This document shows positions 31,066 to 40,241 of a DNA stretch of 64,000 bases, piece after piece. The position numbers and the translations under genes are program-made. A model generated the notes under the pieces. The model was given only the letters and a program-made list of their open reading frames with translations, was not told the DNA's origin and searched no databases. Within the stretch, counting starts at the first letter, position 1; the number at the start of each line of letters is the position of its first letter. Where the stretch lies: positions 416,001 through 480,000 of the forward strand of contig CAWJKZ010000024.1 in NCBI GenBank assembly GCA_963843575.1, given 5' to 3'. This stretch comes from an uncultured Acidobacteriota bacterium. GTDB lineage: Bacteria; Acidobacteriota; UBA6911.

Positions 31066-31300
31066 ATGGGGACGGACCAGAGCTACTCTTTTGATTATAT
31101 AGGGTTATGGGATTTCTTTGCCCAAAAAGGGCCGCCATTTGAGATTTTTTGGGCCGTTTTCTTCAAATAAGGTATTTTCATTATTCGGCATCCACCTATT
31201 TGCAGGTAAAGGGGCCGAAAATCGCAAATATGGGGCTCAATTGGAGCAAAATGCGCCGGAAATGCATGATCCCAAATACTTTACTGAGGTCCGTCCCCAT
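31066..31300. mobile_element. AT-rich MITE/REPIN-like palindromic element, copy 1
   Basis: Perfect 13-bp terminal inverted repeat ATGGGGACGGACC / GGTCCGTCCCCAT. Internal inverted arms atttgagatttt / aaaatcgcaaat. Colinear with 33533-33760. Confidence 0.75.
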
Positions 31301-33526
31301 GAGGAAGATGTCGCTCTGTCTAATAGGTGTGCTGACTATAACGCTCGCGGCGGCTCGCACAGAGGAGTGCACGACGGCCGTGATTACCGGGGCGGCAACT
31401 GCCGATGGCCGGCCCATGCTCTGGAAAAACCGCGACACCGATCAACTCTCGAACAAAGTGATCTTGGTGGACGAGAAGCCTTTCAGGTACCTCGCCGTGG
31501 TGAACGCGGAGGACACTTCGGGCCGGATTGCCTGGGGCGGGCTCAACGCGGCTGGCTTCGCCGTCATCAACTCCGTCGCCTATAACCTGCCGCAGAAACC
31601 GGGCGAGGCCGCCGATCTCGAGGGAATCGTCATGGCCGACGCGTTGCGCAGCTGCGCCACCGCGGACGATTTCGAGAATTTCCTAAGAGGCAATCTCGGT
31701 CCGGCTTTCGGTTGTCGCACCAATTTCTGTGTGATCGACGCCCACGGGGGTGCGGCCATTTTCGAAGTCCACAACAGCGGCTACAAACGGCTCGACGCCT
31801 CTCGAGCGTCCGAGGGCTACCTCGTCAACACCAATTTTTCCCGCAGCGGAACGGCGGATCAGGGTGCAGGTTACATTCGTTTCGATCGGGCGAGCGAGTT
31901 GTTCCGTTCGGCTCCCGCCGGCAAACTCACGCCCGAGTTCGTTCTCCAGACAGCGGCGCGCGACCTCGGGCACCCGCTCCTCAATCACCCGCCGCGGGAG
32001 GCTTGGGCTCGGTTGCCCGAGGACAGGCCCGCGTGGATTCACGCCAACTACACGATCGATCGCGGCATCACCGCTTCGACCATATTGGTTCAAGGCGTGA
32101 GCAAGGGGGAAAGCCCCGACAAAGCCGTCCTCTGGGCGATACTGGGAGAGCCCGTCTGCTCCATCGCGGTGCCGTTCTGGGTCGCGGCGGGAGAGACCCC
32201 TGACGAGGTACGAGCCGGTAGAAACGCGCCCGTCTATGAGCAGGCTTCCCGCCTTCAGGATTTGCTCAGACCGCTCAGGGGACGGGACAGGAAAGAGTAC
32301 GTGGACCTGTCGCGCCTCGACAACAGGGCCGGAACTGGGTGGCTTCCGAAGAACCTCGAGTTGGAGCGCCAGATCCTGTCCGGGGCCCGGACGCTGTTGA
32401 GCAGCACGCCCACACCGGACCAGTTGCGGGAGTACGAGAGGAGCAGCGCCGAGCGCGTGTTTGCTGCCCTGAATCAGGCGGGTTCCGGAGCGCCCGATGG
32501 CGGCGCCTCGATCTCGTGGACGGACGCCCGCACTCTGAGCCTCGAAGGCAAAGGGTGGGGCGAGACGAAGGCCTTCTATGACCGGCTGCCGGCCAAGGCC
32601 GAAGGGCAGGTCCGCGATGCCGTCTGGCAACTCAGCCGGGACTCCGCTGGAATGTGCGTCCGGTTCTCCGCCGATGCTCCGGCAATCCACGTCCGCTGGA
32701 GCCTGCTCGACGAACAGCTTGCCCTCCCACACATGCCCGCAACCGGAGTCAGCGGGGTCGATCTCTACGTCAAGACAGAAACCGGGCAATGGCGTTGGCT
32801 GGGGACGGGTCGTCCGACGGCGAAAACGAACACGGCAACACTCGCCGACAACATGCCGCAAGCCGCCCGGGAGTACATGCTGTACTTGCCTCTCTACAAC
32901 GGCGTCACCTCGGTCGAGATCGGTGTGCCGAAAGGGAGTCGCATCACGGGGGCCCCTCCGCGTCCAGCCGAACGGACGAGACCCGTCGTTTTTTACGGCA
33001 CCTCCATCACCCAGGGCGGGTGCGCTTCCCGCCCCGGCATGGCGTATACCGCGATCCTCGGCCGCCGCCTGGACCGGCCCGTGGTCAACCTGGGCTTCTC
33101 GGGAAGCGCGAAGATGGAACCGGAAGTGGCCGCGCTGGTCGCGGAGCTTGATCCCGCCCTCTTCGTCCTCGACAGCGTCCCCAACATGACCGCTGGCGAG
33201 ATCGCCGAGCGGACTGCGTCCTTTGTCCAAGCTCTCCGCGGCAGGCATCCGGGGACGCCGATCCTCATCGTGGAAGGGCGCACCTATCAGACGTCCTTTC
33301 TGAATGCGAACGTTCGCCGCGATTATTCGGAACGGACCGCAGCTCTCCGGGGAGTGTACGACCGAATGACGGCCGGAGGAGCCGGAAGGCTGTATTTCTG
33401 CCCGGAGAAACCCAGTTGGGCGACGACGGCGAAGCCACCGTGGACGGCAGCCACCCGACCGATCTGGGCTTCATGCGGCAGGCCGACGTCCTGCAAAAAT
33501 GCATCGAGCCTCTAATCAAGCGGTAG
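31299..33526 (+). CDS. C45-like Ntn hydrolase fused to an SGNH/GDSL hydrolase with GxDLY N-domain (frameshift near 33400)
   Basis: Signal peptide, then catalytic CTTAVITG...WKNRD. After a GSGAPDGG linker: GVSGVDLY, FYGTSITQG, NLGFSG. The terminal DGSHPTDLGF lies in a shifted frame ending at TAG 33526. Confidence 0.85.
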
Positions 33527-33532
33527 AAACGG

Positions 33533-33760
33533 GGGGACTGACCTCAGCGACTCTTTTTTTATATGGAGTTATACGGTATTCGCCCCTGAAAAGGGGCCAT
33601 ATTTGAGATTTTCGAGGCTGTTTCTTCGAAATATGACTTCCGTTGCTCGCACATGGATCTTATTCACAAAAAGGGAGCAAAAAAGCGCAAATAAAGGGCT
33701 TTTGGAGCAGAAATATGCAGGAAACCACTGATTCTAAGGATTTTGCTCAGGTCCGTCCCC
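33533..33760. mobile_element. AT-rich MITE/REPIN-like palindromic element, copy 2
   Basis: TIRs ggggactgacctcagc / gctcaggtccgtcccc (14/16 match). Shares blocks with copy 1 in the same order. Confidence 0.75.
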
Positions 33761-35466
33761 TGATTCTGCTGCTGTTGCTGGCGCTGCCTGTGGCGGCGCA
33801 AGGGGACCGTATGGAATGGTTCCGGCATGACAAGTTCGGCATGTTCATCCATTTCGGACCCTATTCGATGCTCGCAGGCGAGTGGAAAGGGCAGCGGGTC
33901 CCGGTCGGGGACGAGGCCGAGTGGATCATGCAGCGCTTCAACATCCCGGCTCGGGAATATCGCGAAATGGCCCGCGGCTTCAACCCCGTTCACTTCGACG
34001 CAAACGCCATCGTTCGCCTCGCGAAGCTCGCAGGGATGAAGTACCTCGTGGTCACGGCCAAGCACCACGACGGCTTCTCCATGTACCACTCGAAGGTCTC
34101 GCCCTACAACATCGTGGACTGGACAAAGTTCGGACGGGATCCGGTGAAGGAACTGGCCGAATCCTGCGCCAGGGAAGGGCTCCGGTTCTGCGTCTACTAC
34201 TCCCACCGCGAGGACTGGGACCACCGCGACGGCTACGGAAACCACTGGGACTACGACGTGTCGAAGAAAGACTTCGCGCGCTACCTCCGCGAAAAGTCGC
34301 TGCCGCAAATGCGCGAGCTGCTCACGGGATATGGACCGCTCGGACTGGTCTGGTTCGACCGGGGCATCGACACGCCGCAGCAGGCCATGGAGTTCGTCAA
34401 CCTGGTGCGGGAGCTGCAGCCGCGCTGCCTGATCAACGGCCGCGTCGGCAACTACGGTCGAGACCTGATGGGCGACTACCAGAACATGAACGACAACGGG
34501 ATGCCCACCGGCGGGCTCGAAGAGTATTGGGAAACGCCGCAGACGCTGAACCGGACTTGGGGCTACAGCCGGTTCGACCAGGAATGGAAAACCCCCGCCG
34601 GCGTCGTCCAGCGCCTCGTCGAGGTCGTCGGCAAAGGGGGCAACTACCTGCTGAATATCGGCCCCATGGGCGACGGCAGAATCCCGCCGCCAAGCGTGGC
34701 GGTCCTGGAACAGGTGGGCGCATGGGTCCGGAGAAACGGGGAGAGCATTTATGGGACGTCCGCCTGCCCGCTGCAGGACTTCCCCTGGGGCCGCTGCACC
34801 GTGCGCGGCGCAAAGGTCTACCTGCACGCGCTGACCAGGCCGGCGGACGGCACCCTCCGGGTGAGCGGGTTAATAACGGCGGTGAAGAGCGCGTACCTTC
34901 TGGCCGAGCCGGCGCGCAGGCTGGAGGTGTCGAATAAAGACGACGTGATATCGGTGGTGGTGGGGCAGGGGAACTGGGACGAGTTCGACACGGTCGTCGT
35001 CCTGGAACTCTCTGGTCCGCCAACGGTCGACCCGCCGCTTGTCACCCAGGGAAGCGATGTGCCGTTTCAACTCGACTGCCAGAACGCCGTGACCGCCGGC
35101 CGGGCCGTCAAGCGGTTCAATCGGGACGGCGGTTTTCACATCTCGAAGTGGACTGGGCCGGAAGATGCGTGCGCATGGCGTCTGCTCGTGAGCCAGCCCG
35201 GACGCTACCGGGTCATGATCCGCTATGCCGCGACGCCGACATCCACGCTTCGCGCGTACACCGTGCGGATCGGGGAACAGGTTCTCGAAGCGCAGGTTGT
35301 GAGCACCGGGGAAGGTTACCGCTACACGGAAGTCGAGCTGGGTACGGTGGAGTTGAAGCGGGCGGGCCCGCTGACCGTGCGGGTAGCACCCAAGGACGCG
35401 GGGGAGAATCTCATGTATCTCCAGCGTCTCTCCCTGAGGCAGGTGGGCCGGGTGGCCGTCGAGTGA
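33715..35466 (+). CDS. alpha-L-fucosidase (GH29) with C-terminal CBM-like domain
   Basis: KFGMFIHFG, AGMKYLVVTAKHHDGF, LVWFD, WETPQT, GGNYLLNIGP. Signal LILLLLLALPVAA. Start uncertain because it lies inside the repeat element. Confidence 0.92.
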   Translation: MQETTDSKDFAQVRPLILLLLLALPVAAQGDRMEWFRHDKFGMFIHFGPYSMLAGEWKGQRVPVGDEAEWIMQRFNIPAREYREMARGFNPVHFDANAIVRLAKLAGMKYLVVTAKHHDGFSMYHSKVSPYNIVDWTKFGRDPVKELAESCAREGLRFCVYYSHREDWDHRDGYGNHWDYDVSKKDFARYLREKSLPQMRELLTGYGPLGLVWFDRGIDTPQQAMEFVNLVRELQPRCLINGRVGNYGRDLMGDYQNMNDNGMPTGGLEEYWETPQTLNRTWGYSRFDQEWKTPAGVVQRLVEVVGKGGNYLLNIGPMGDGRIPPPSVAVLEQVGAWVRRNGESIYGTSACPLQDFPWGRCTVRGAKVYLHALTRPADGTLRVSGLITAVKSAYLLAEPARRLEVSNKDDVISVVVGQGNWDEFDTVVVLELSGPPTVDPPLVTQGSDVPFQLDCQNAVTAGRAVKRFNRDGGFHISKWTGPEDACAWRLLVSQPGRYRVMIRYAATPTSTLRAYTVRIGEQVLEAQVVSTGEGYRYTEVELGTVELKRAGPLTVRVAPKDAGENLMYLQRLSLRQVGRVAVE

Positions 35467-35589
35467 CGAAGGGAACCGTGCTCGAGTGAGTCCGCGCTTC
35501 AGCAAGGACACGGTCCGGGAACCACGTGTGCACGATAACCATAGGATGAGCACGCCGGCCGGCTTGAGGCTCATCCAATGCGAGGAACC

Positions 35590-35868
35590 ATGTCTGACAG
35601 AATCCCAGCGATCTTCTTCGGGCATGGCAACCCGATGAATGCCTTGGTGAACAATAGCTACACGGATGGGTGGCGCCGGATCGGGAAACACATTCCCAGG
35701 CCAAAGGCAATCCTGGCGATCTCTGCCCACTGGTTCGTGCCGGAGACAGCCGTCACCGTCAGCGCCGCGCCAAGGACCATTCACGATTTCGGGGGGTTCC
35801 CGCCGGAACTGTACCGCGTGCAGTATCCTGCACCGGGCGATCCGGGTCTCGCACGCCGCGTGAGGGAC
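35590..35868 (+). pseudogene. ygiD: 4,5-DOPA extradiol dioxygenase, N-terminal third only
   Basis: RBS GAGG; PAIFFGHGNPMNAL, ISAHW, TIHDFGGFPPELYRVQYPAPGDP. Similarity stops and the frame runs into the antisense of the convergent gene. Confidence 0.85.
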
Positions 35869-35892
35869 CGCGTCGAGCCGACGCGGCCCGCT

Positions 35893-36507
35893 TCAGCACG
35901 CGAGGAAGACGGCGAGAGTGAGAATCCCGAGAGCGAGCGAGAGGGCGCCGCTGCGCCGCTGCCGCGCCCGCCGGTACCAGACGTAGATTCCGCTCAGCAC
36001 CATGAACACAAGGCCGACGGAGAGCGCGTCCATCGAGCACCTCCACAGCCCGGTTGCCCACCAGTTCTGGTGCAGGGACGGATCCGTCCTTCTCACGCCG
36101 GTAAAGGAATGGAGCATGTTCAGCACTCCCCACCCGTTAACGTGTATCCGGTTGACGGCCGCAACTCCGCTGTCGAAGTCGGCCTTGACCTCGTAGATGT
36201 CCCCCGGCCTGACGACCCGGAATCCCAAGGTTCCCGCTGCGTCCCGCGTGATCGTCCCGGAAATCTCCCCGCGGATGCGTAATTGCGTCATCAGGTCTTT
36301 CGCCACCTCTGAGTCAGTGTCCGCGGCATGGCGCGCTATCCGGATCTCGGCGGAGGTCTGCCTCCGCTCGTTCCAGAATCCGGCTATGCGCCATCCGGGG
36401 TGGTTCAGGACGACGCCGGAGAGGCAGAAAAGCCACGTGAAGAACAGGAAATACAGCCCGATGTAGATGTGCAGCCTGCGACTCCAGTTCTCAACTGCAG
36501 ATGGCAT
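35893..36507 (-). CDS. PepSY-associated TM helix protein
   Basis: RRLHIYIGLY...SGVVLNH, LNMLH, LSGIYVW. Confidence 0.85.
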   Translation of the reverse strand: MPSAVENWSRRLHIYIGLYFLFFTWLFCLSGVVLNHPGWRIAGFWNERRQTSAEIRIARHAADTDSEVAKDLMTQLRIRGEISGTITRDAAGTLGFRVVRPGDIYEVKADFDSGVAAVNRIHVNGWGVLNMLHSFTGVRRTDPSLHQNWWATGLWRCSMDALSVGLVFMVLSGIYVWYRRARQRRSGALSLALGILTLAVFLAC

Positions 36508-37141
36508 ACAAGGCCCCGAATAGAGAGAGTGCCCCGGCGACGATGAGCACCAGGCCGACCGGTCGCTCCGACCGCAAAACCGCCCACAGATATATCCCGC
36601 TTACCGAGAGGAAGAGCAGCAACCAGGCCGTCCCGTCGGCCATCCAACGCCAGACCCGCACCATTCCCCAGTTGCCGCGGATGGTGGCGAGATGGGGTCC
36701 CGGCATCTTGTGCAGGAAGATGAGGGCATCCCCAAAACCGGTCCTGCGCTCCTGTACCGAGGCCAGGCCGGTGCTCAGGCCTATGTCGACGGTGGCTTCG
36801 TACCCGGGTTTGGAGACGGGGATCGTGAGGGTCTTGTTTCCGGAGGAATAGCGTATGAACCCGATTTCGCCCGAGATGCCGACCTGCCGGAGGATGTGCC
36901 GGACTTGCCGGATCCGTTCCGTCCCCTCGAGCTTGTCGAGCCCGGGCGGCAGATCGACCTGCCGGGTTCCGGCCTCGCTTTCGGCAGGCGCTCCCAGGGG
37001 GATTCCCGGGTGGTTCAGCAGAACCACGCTTACCGCGAACACAAGGACAAAAGGGCTCAGGAAGAGGCCCACGTACAAATGCAGGTCCCGGGTGAGGGAG
37101 TATGCTTCCCAAACTCGAGATCGAGGCTGTTGATGCGGCAT
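36491..37141 (-). CDS. PepSY-associated TM helix protein (paralog)
   Basis: RDLHLYVGLFLSPF...VLLNH, LIFLHK, VSGIYLW. Start placed at MPHQQ. Confidence 0.85.
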   Translation of the reverse strand: MPHQQPRSRVWEAYSLTRDLHLYVGLFLSPFVLVFAVSVVLLNHPGIPLGAPAESEAGTRQVDLPPGLDKLEGTERIRQVRHILRQVGISGEIGFIRYSSGNKTLTIPVSKPGYEATVDIGLSTGLASVQERRTGFGDALIFLHKMPGPHLATIRGNWGMVRVWRWMADGTAWLLLFLSVSGIYLWAVLRSERPVGLVLIVAGALSLFGALYAICS

Positions 37142-37156
37142 GTCGTCCACGCAATC

Positions 37157-37318
37157 TGGATAGCGGTGGCTCGACGCCGCGCTTCGCCGCCGGAGGCGCG
37201 GCATTGTGACACAATAAACCTCTCCACGAATCCTCGGCAGAGGCGACCTGGAGGGAATGTCGGGCAGCGGCGGCGCCCAGGCGCAGCCCCCAAAGCGGCG
37301 TCGAGCCGCCGCGCTCCA
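37157..37318. repeat. inverted pair of GGAG(T/C)GC-type REP-like units
   Basis: tggatagcggtggctcgacgccgcgctt (37157-37184) versus the reverse complement of aaagcggcgtcgagccgccgcgctcca (37292-37318). A related unit lies at 63257-63283. Confidence 0.65.
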
Positions 37319-37405
37319 CAATGGGTCGCCTCGGTGTACATCGAATCACTCCGGGAATAAAATGGCATCCGAACGGGAATCTTCAAAGCCTTTTCGGAGT
37401 GCGCC

Positions 37406-38392
37406 GTGCACCGGATTCTGGCAACCCTCCTGGTGTTGAGCCTCGTGCCGCCCTTTGCGGGCGTGGCGTCGGGGAAGAAAGCGTTCCAGGTAGTCGGTCG
37501 GATCCTCCAGGCCGACGGGACGCCGGTCCCCGCTGCGGCGGCGGTCGTGTTCCTGCATGGCGTCGTTACCCCTTTCAGCAGCCGGACGGTGGCGGGACGC
37601 GATGGCAGGTTCAGGTTTAAGAAAATCCCCGCAGGGACCTATGTGCTGGTGGCGGCGGTTCCCCGTGTCGGCGAGCTGCGGAAGACGATCGAAGTGGGGC
37701 CCAGCTTTGCCGACGCGGAACACACGGTCAGCGCCACCCTCACCTATGATCAAGCCGCCCCGATTAACCGGCGGGGCACGATTTCCAGGTCCGAGCTCTC
37801 GGTTGCCGAGGATGCGGCCCAGGAGTACAAGACAGCCCACGAACTGCTCTCCCGGCACGACGTCAACGGGGCTGTCGAGCGCCTCAGGAAGGCCGTGGTC
37901 ATTTCCCCTCAATTCGCGGCCGCGTGGAATCAGCTTGGGACCATCTCCTATCAGGCCGGCCAGTACAGGCAGGCCGAGGAGTATTTCCGCGAGGCCTTGA
38001 AACAGGACCCCGATGCCTACTCGCCCCTGGTGAACCTGGGAGGTGCCCTGCTGGCGCTGAACCGATTCGAGGAGTCCCTGGAGATCAACCGTGCGGCGGT
38101 CAAGGCGATGCCCGGCGATCCACTGGCGCACTCCCAGCTGGGCAAGAGCTATTTTTACCTCGGCCGACTCGATGACGCCCTGACCCACCTCAAGCGGGCC
38201 AAGGCGTTGGACCCCTCGCACTTCTCCTATCCGCACCTCTTCTTAATCGAGATCTATGCCCGCATGAATCAGCTGCCGGCCGCGATTGCGGAGATGGAGG
38301 AGTTTCTCAAGCTCCATCCCGACTCGGACTGGGCGCCGAAGATCCGGGAGCTGTTGAGCCGGACCCGGGCGCGCGACAAACAGTCGCCTTGA
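37406..38392 (+). CDS. secreted carboxypeptidase-regulatory-like domain + TPR protein
   Basis: Signal peptide; GRDGRFRFKKIPAGTYVL; several TPR helices (AWNQLG, PLVNLG, AHSQLG). Confidence 0.88.
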   Translation: MHRILATLLVLSLVPPFAGVASGKKAFQVVGRILQADGTPVPAAAAVVFLHGVVTPFSSRTVAGRDGRFRFKKIPAGTYVLVAAVPRVGELRKTIEVGPSFADAEHTVSATLTYDQAAPINRRGTISRSELSVAEDAAQEYKTAHELLSRHDVNGAVERLRKAVVISPQFAAAWNQLGTISYQAGQYRQAEEYFREALKQDPDAYSPLVNLGGALLALNRFEESLEINRAAVKAMPGDPLAHSQLGKSYFYLGRLDDALTHLKRAKALDPSHFSYPHLFLIEIYARMNQLPAAIAEMEEFLKLHPDSDWAPKIRELLSRTRARDKQSP

Positions 38393-38429
38393 CCGTGTGG
38401 ACCGGTGGAAGCGGCTGTGCGGGTGTTCG

Positions 38430-39332
38430 TTATTTTCCCCGATGACGAATCTCGTATTTCTCTTCGAGCCGGAGCGGCCGGTACGAGAGCTTTGTCTTGC
38501 GCAGCCCGGGAATGCCAAGATCCTCTTCGAGATTGACGTACGCACAACCGGCGAAGAGGCGCCGGCAGGCATTCATCAGGAGAGCCTGGTAGATGCCGCC
38601 GATGTCGGCGTTGGCGTACTGAAAATGCACAACGGCGGTTTCCGCAAAACCGGTGCTGGCGATAATGAATCCCTGAAGCTCCCCGCGGACGATCATGGCC
38701 CCGCCCACCAATCCGAGGTGTTCGTAGGCCTGGAAAGCCCGTTCCAGCGCGCGGCGCTGATCATCGACGCTGAGGGAGGGGTGGGAAACTGTCGGCGCCC
38801 TTTCCCGCCCCTCCGCCCACGATGCGAACAACCTCATCGCGCTGCCGAAGCGGGAGCGGTCAAGGGGGCGAAACTCGTAGTCCGGGCTGCTGCTGACGAA
38901 CTTCCGGACCTGGTTGCGTTTCCCATCGAACTTCTTCCCCTTCAGCTCGGCCAGCACTTGTGTCAGGTAGGTGTAGTCGAAGTAATCACGCAGGGGCCGC
39001 ACGTCGAACTCGTCGGGGGGGAGGGCGTCGACCAGCGCCCTGCGCGCCCGTGAAATCCGGCCGATCCGGGTGACGCAACAGCGCGCGGCATCCGCCAGCC
39101 GGTGGCCGCCGATCGGTTCCAGAAAATAGGCCGGTTCCGACTGCGGCTCGATGAGGAGGCACAGGCTGCCCCACACCCTGGTGACCGACGGCCGCTCGCG
39201 GTCGCGCCAGATGAACAGGGTGGCGGGGATCAGGTCGCATATCACCGGTGTTGTGCCGCCCAGGTGCTCCACGAGCATCGCGTGGTCGTCCAGCTCCAGC
39301 GGCCTCAGGTCCGGGAACTCAGGAACCATCAC
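38430..39332 (-). CDS. DUF2156 / phosphatidylglycerol lysyltransferase C-domain-like protein
   Basis: DYTY...LAELKGKKFDGKRNQVRKF, YVNLEEDLGIPGLRKTKLSYRP. Confidence 0.88.
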   Translation of the reverse strand: MMVPEFPDLRPLELDDHAMLVEHLGGTTPVICDLIPATLFIWRDRERPSVTRVWGSLCLLIEPQSEPAYFLEPIGGHRLADAARCCVTRIGRISRARRALVDALPPDEFDVRPLRDYFDYTYLTQVLAELKGKKFDGKRNQVRKFVSSSPDYEFRPLDRSRFGSAMRLFASWAEGRERAPTVSHPSLSVDDQRRALERAFQAYEHLGLVGGAMIVRGELQGFIIASTGFAETAVVHFQYANADIGGIYQALLMNACRRLFAGCAYVNLEEDLGIPGLRKTKLSYRPLRLEEKYEIRHRGK

Positions 39333-39780
39333 GAGGCCTCACCAGGCAGACGCACAGGTCAGGGCGGCACGCCGCACAGCCGTATACCGAGCGCGGCAAG
39401 AGATCGGGGGGCTGGGTCAGCGCTTCCCGGAATCCTGCCTTCCTGAAGAATCCCGGGACAAGGGTGAAGAGATAGACCGGGGAGGACGCCTCGCGGGACA
39501 CCCGCTCTACCAGGGCCCGCCCGATGCCCCGGCCCTGGAGCTCCTCGCGGACACCGACACAGCTGAGCAGCGAGCAGGTGGCGAGCCGCTTCAGCTCGGC
39601 CGTGCCCACGAGCACGCCACCCGACTCGGCCACCCAGAAACAGGACAGGTCCATTGCCGGGTAAGCCAGATCCAGAGACTCAACCAGCGCGAGTATCCCG
39701 GCGTGATCTCCGGGGCGGGCCCTGCGGATGTGGAGACAACCCGGAGGGCCGGACTGTCCTGGCGAAAGTGGCGTTGTCAT
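39319..39780 (-). CDS. GNAT N-acetyltransferase
   Basis: VGVREELQGRGIGRALV (motif A), YLFT...FFRKAGF, C-terminal CAAC...C. Overlaps the DUF2156 gene. Confidence 0.88.
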   Translation of the reverse strand: MTTPLSPGQSGPPGCLHIRRARPGDHAGILALVESLDLAYPAMDLSCFWVAESGGVLVGTAELKRLATCSLLSCVGVREELQGRGIGRALVERVSREASSPVYLFTLVPGFFRKAGFREALTQPPDLLPRSVYGCAACRPDLCVCLVRPRDGS

Positions 39781-40241
39781 CAGGGGGGAAAGTCTAACAC
39801 GATCGCGGCAGGATTCGACACCGCTGCTCGAGGGGACCCCGGAGCTCCGCGTTATCTTCCCTCCCGGTTTGGCTAACCCCGGCACCGATAGGGCCCTAGA
39901 CGCTCGCGGCCGTGCGCCGGCTCGAGGCGCTGCGGGTCCCCGCGACGATCCCACCCGAATAACGCCGCCCGCAACGAAGCAGTCGAAGACGGATTTGTGC
40001 TGAATATCGCCGCGAATGGGAATATTTTGGATGTTCCCACAGGAGGATTCGACATGATCCGCCCTAAGCTGCCGCCGTCCGCTCGCGACCGCCGCGACGG
40101 TCTCGTGCGGAAACAGCAGGGAGCATCGACTGTGCCGTTTCCAGATTCTTCGAGTCTCCGGGCCTTGGAGGCGGGCAGTGGAGCTCGCCTCCCGGGACTC
40201 GGCAGCTTCCGACAAACGCTGTCAGATCGAGGACCAACGTC

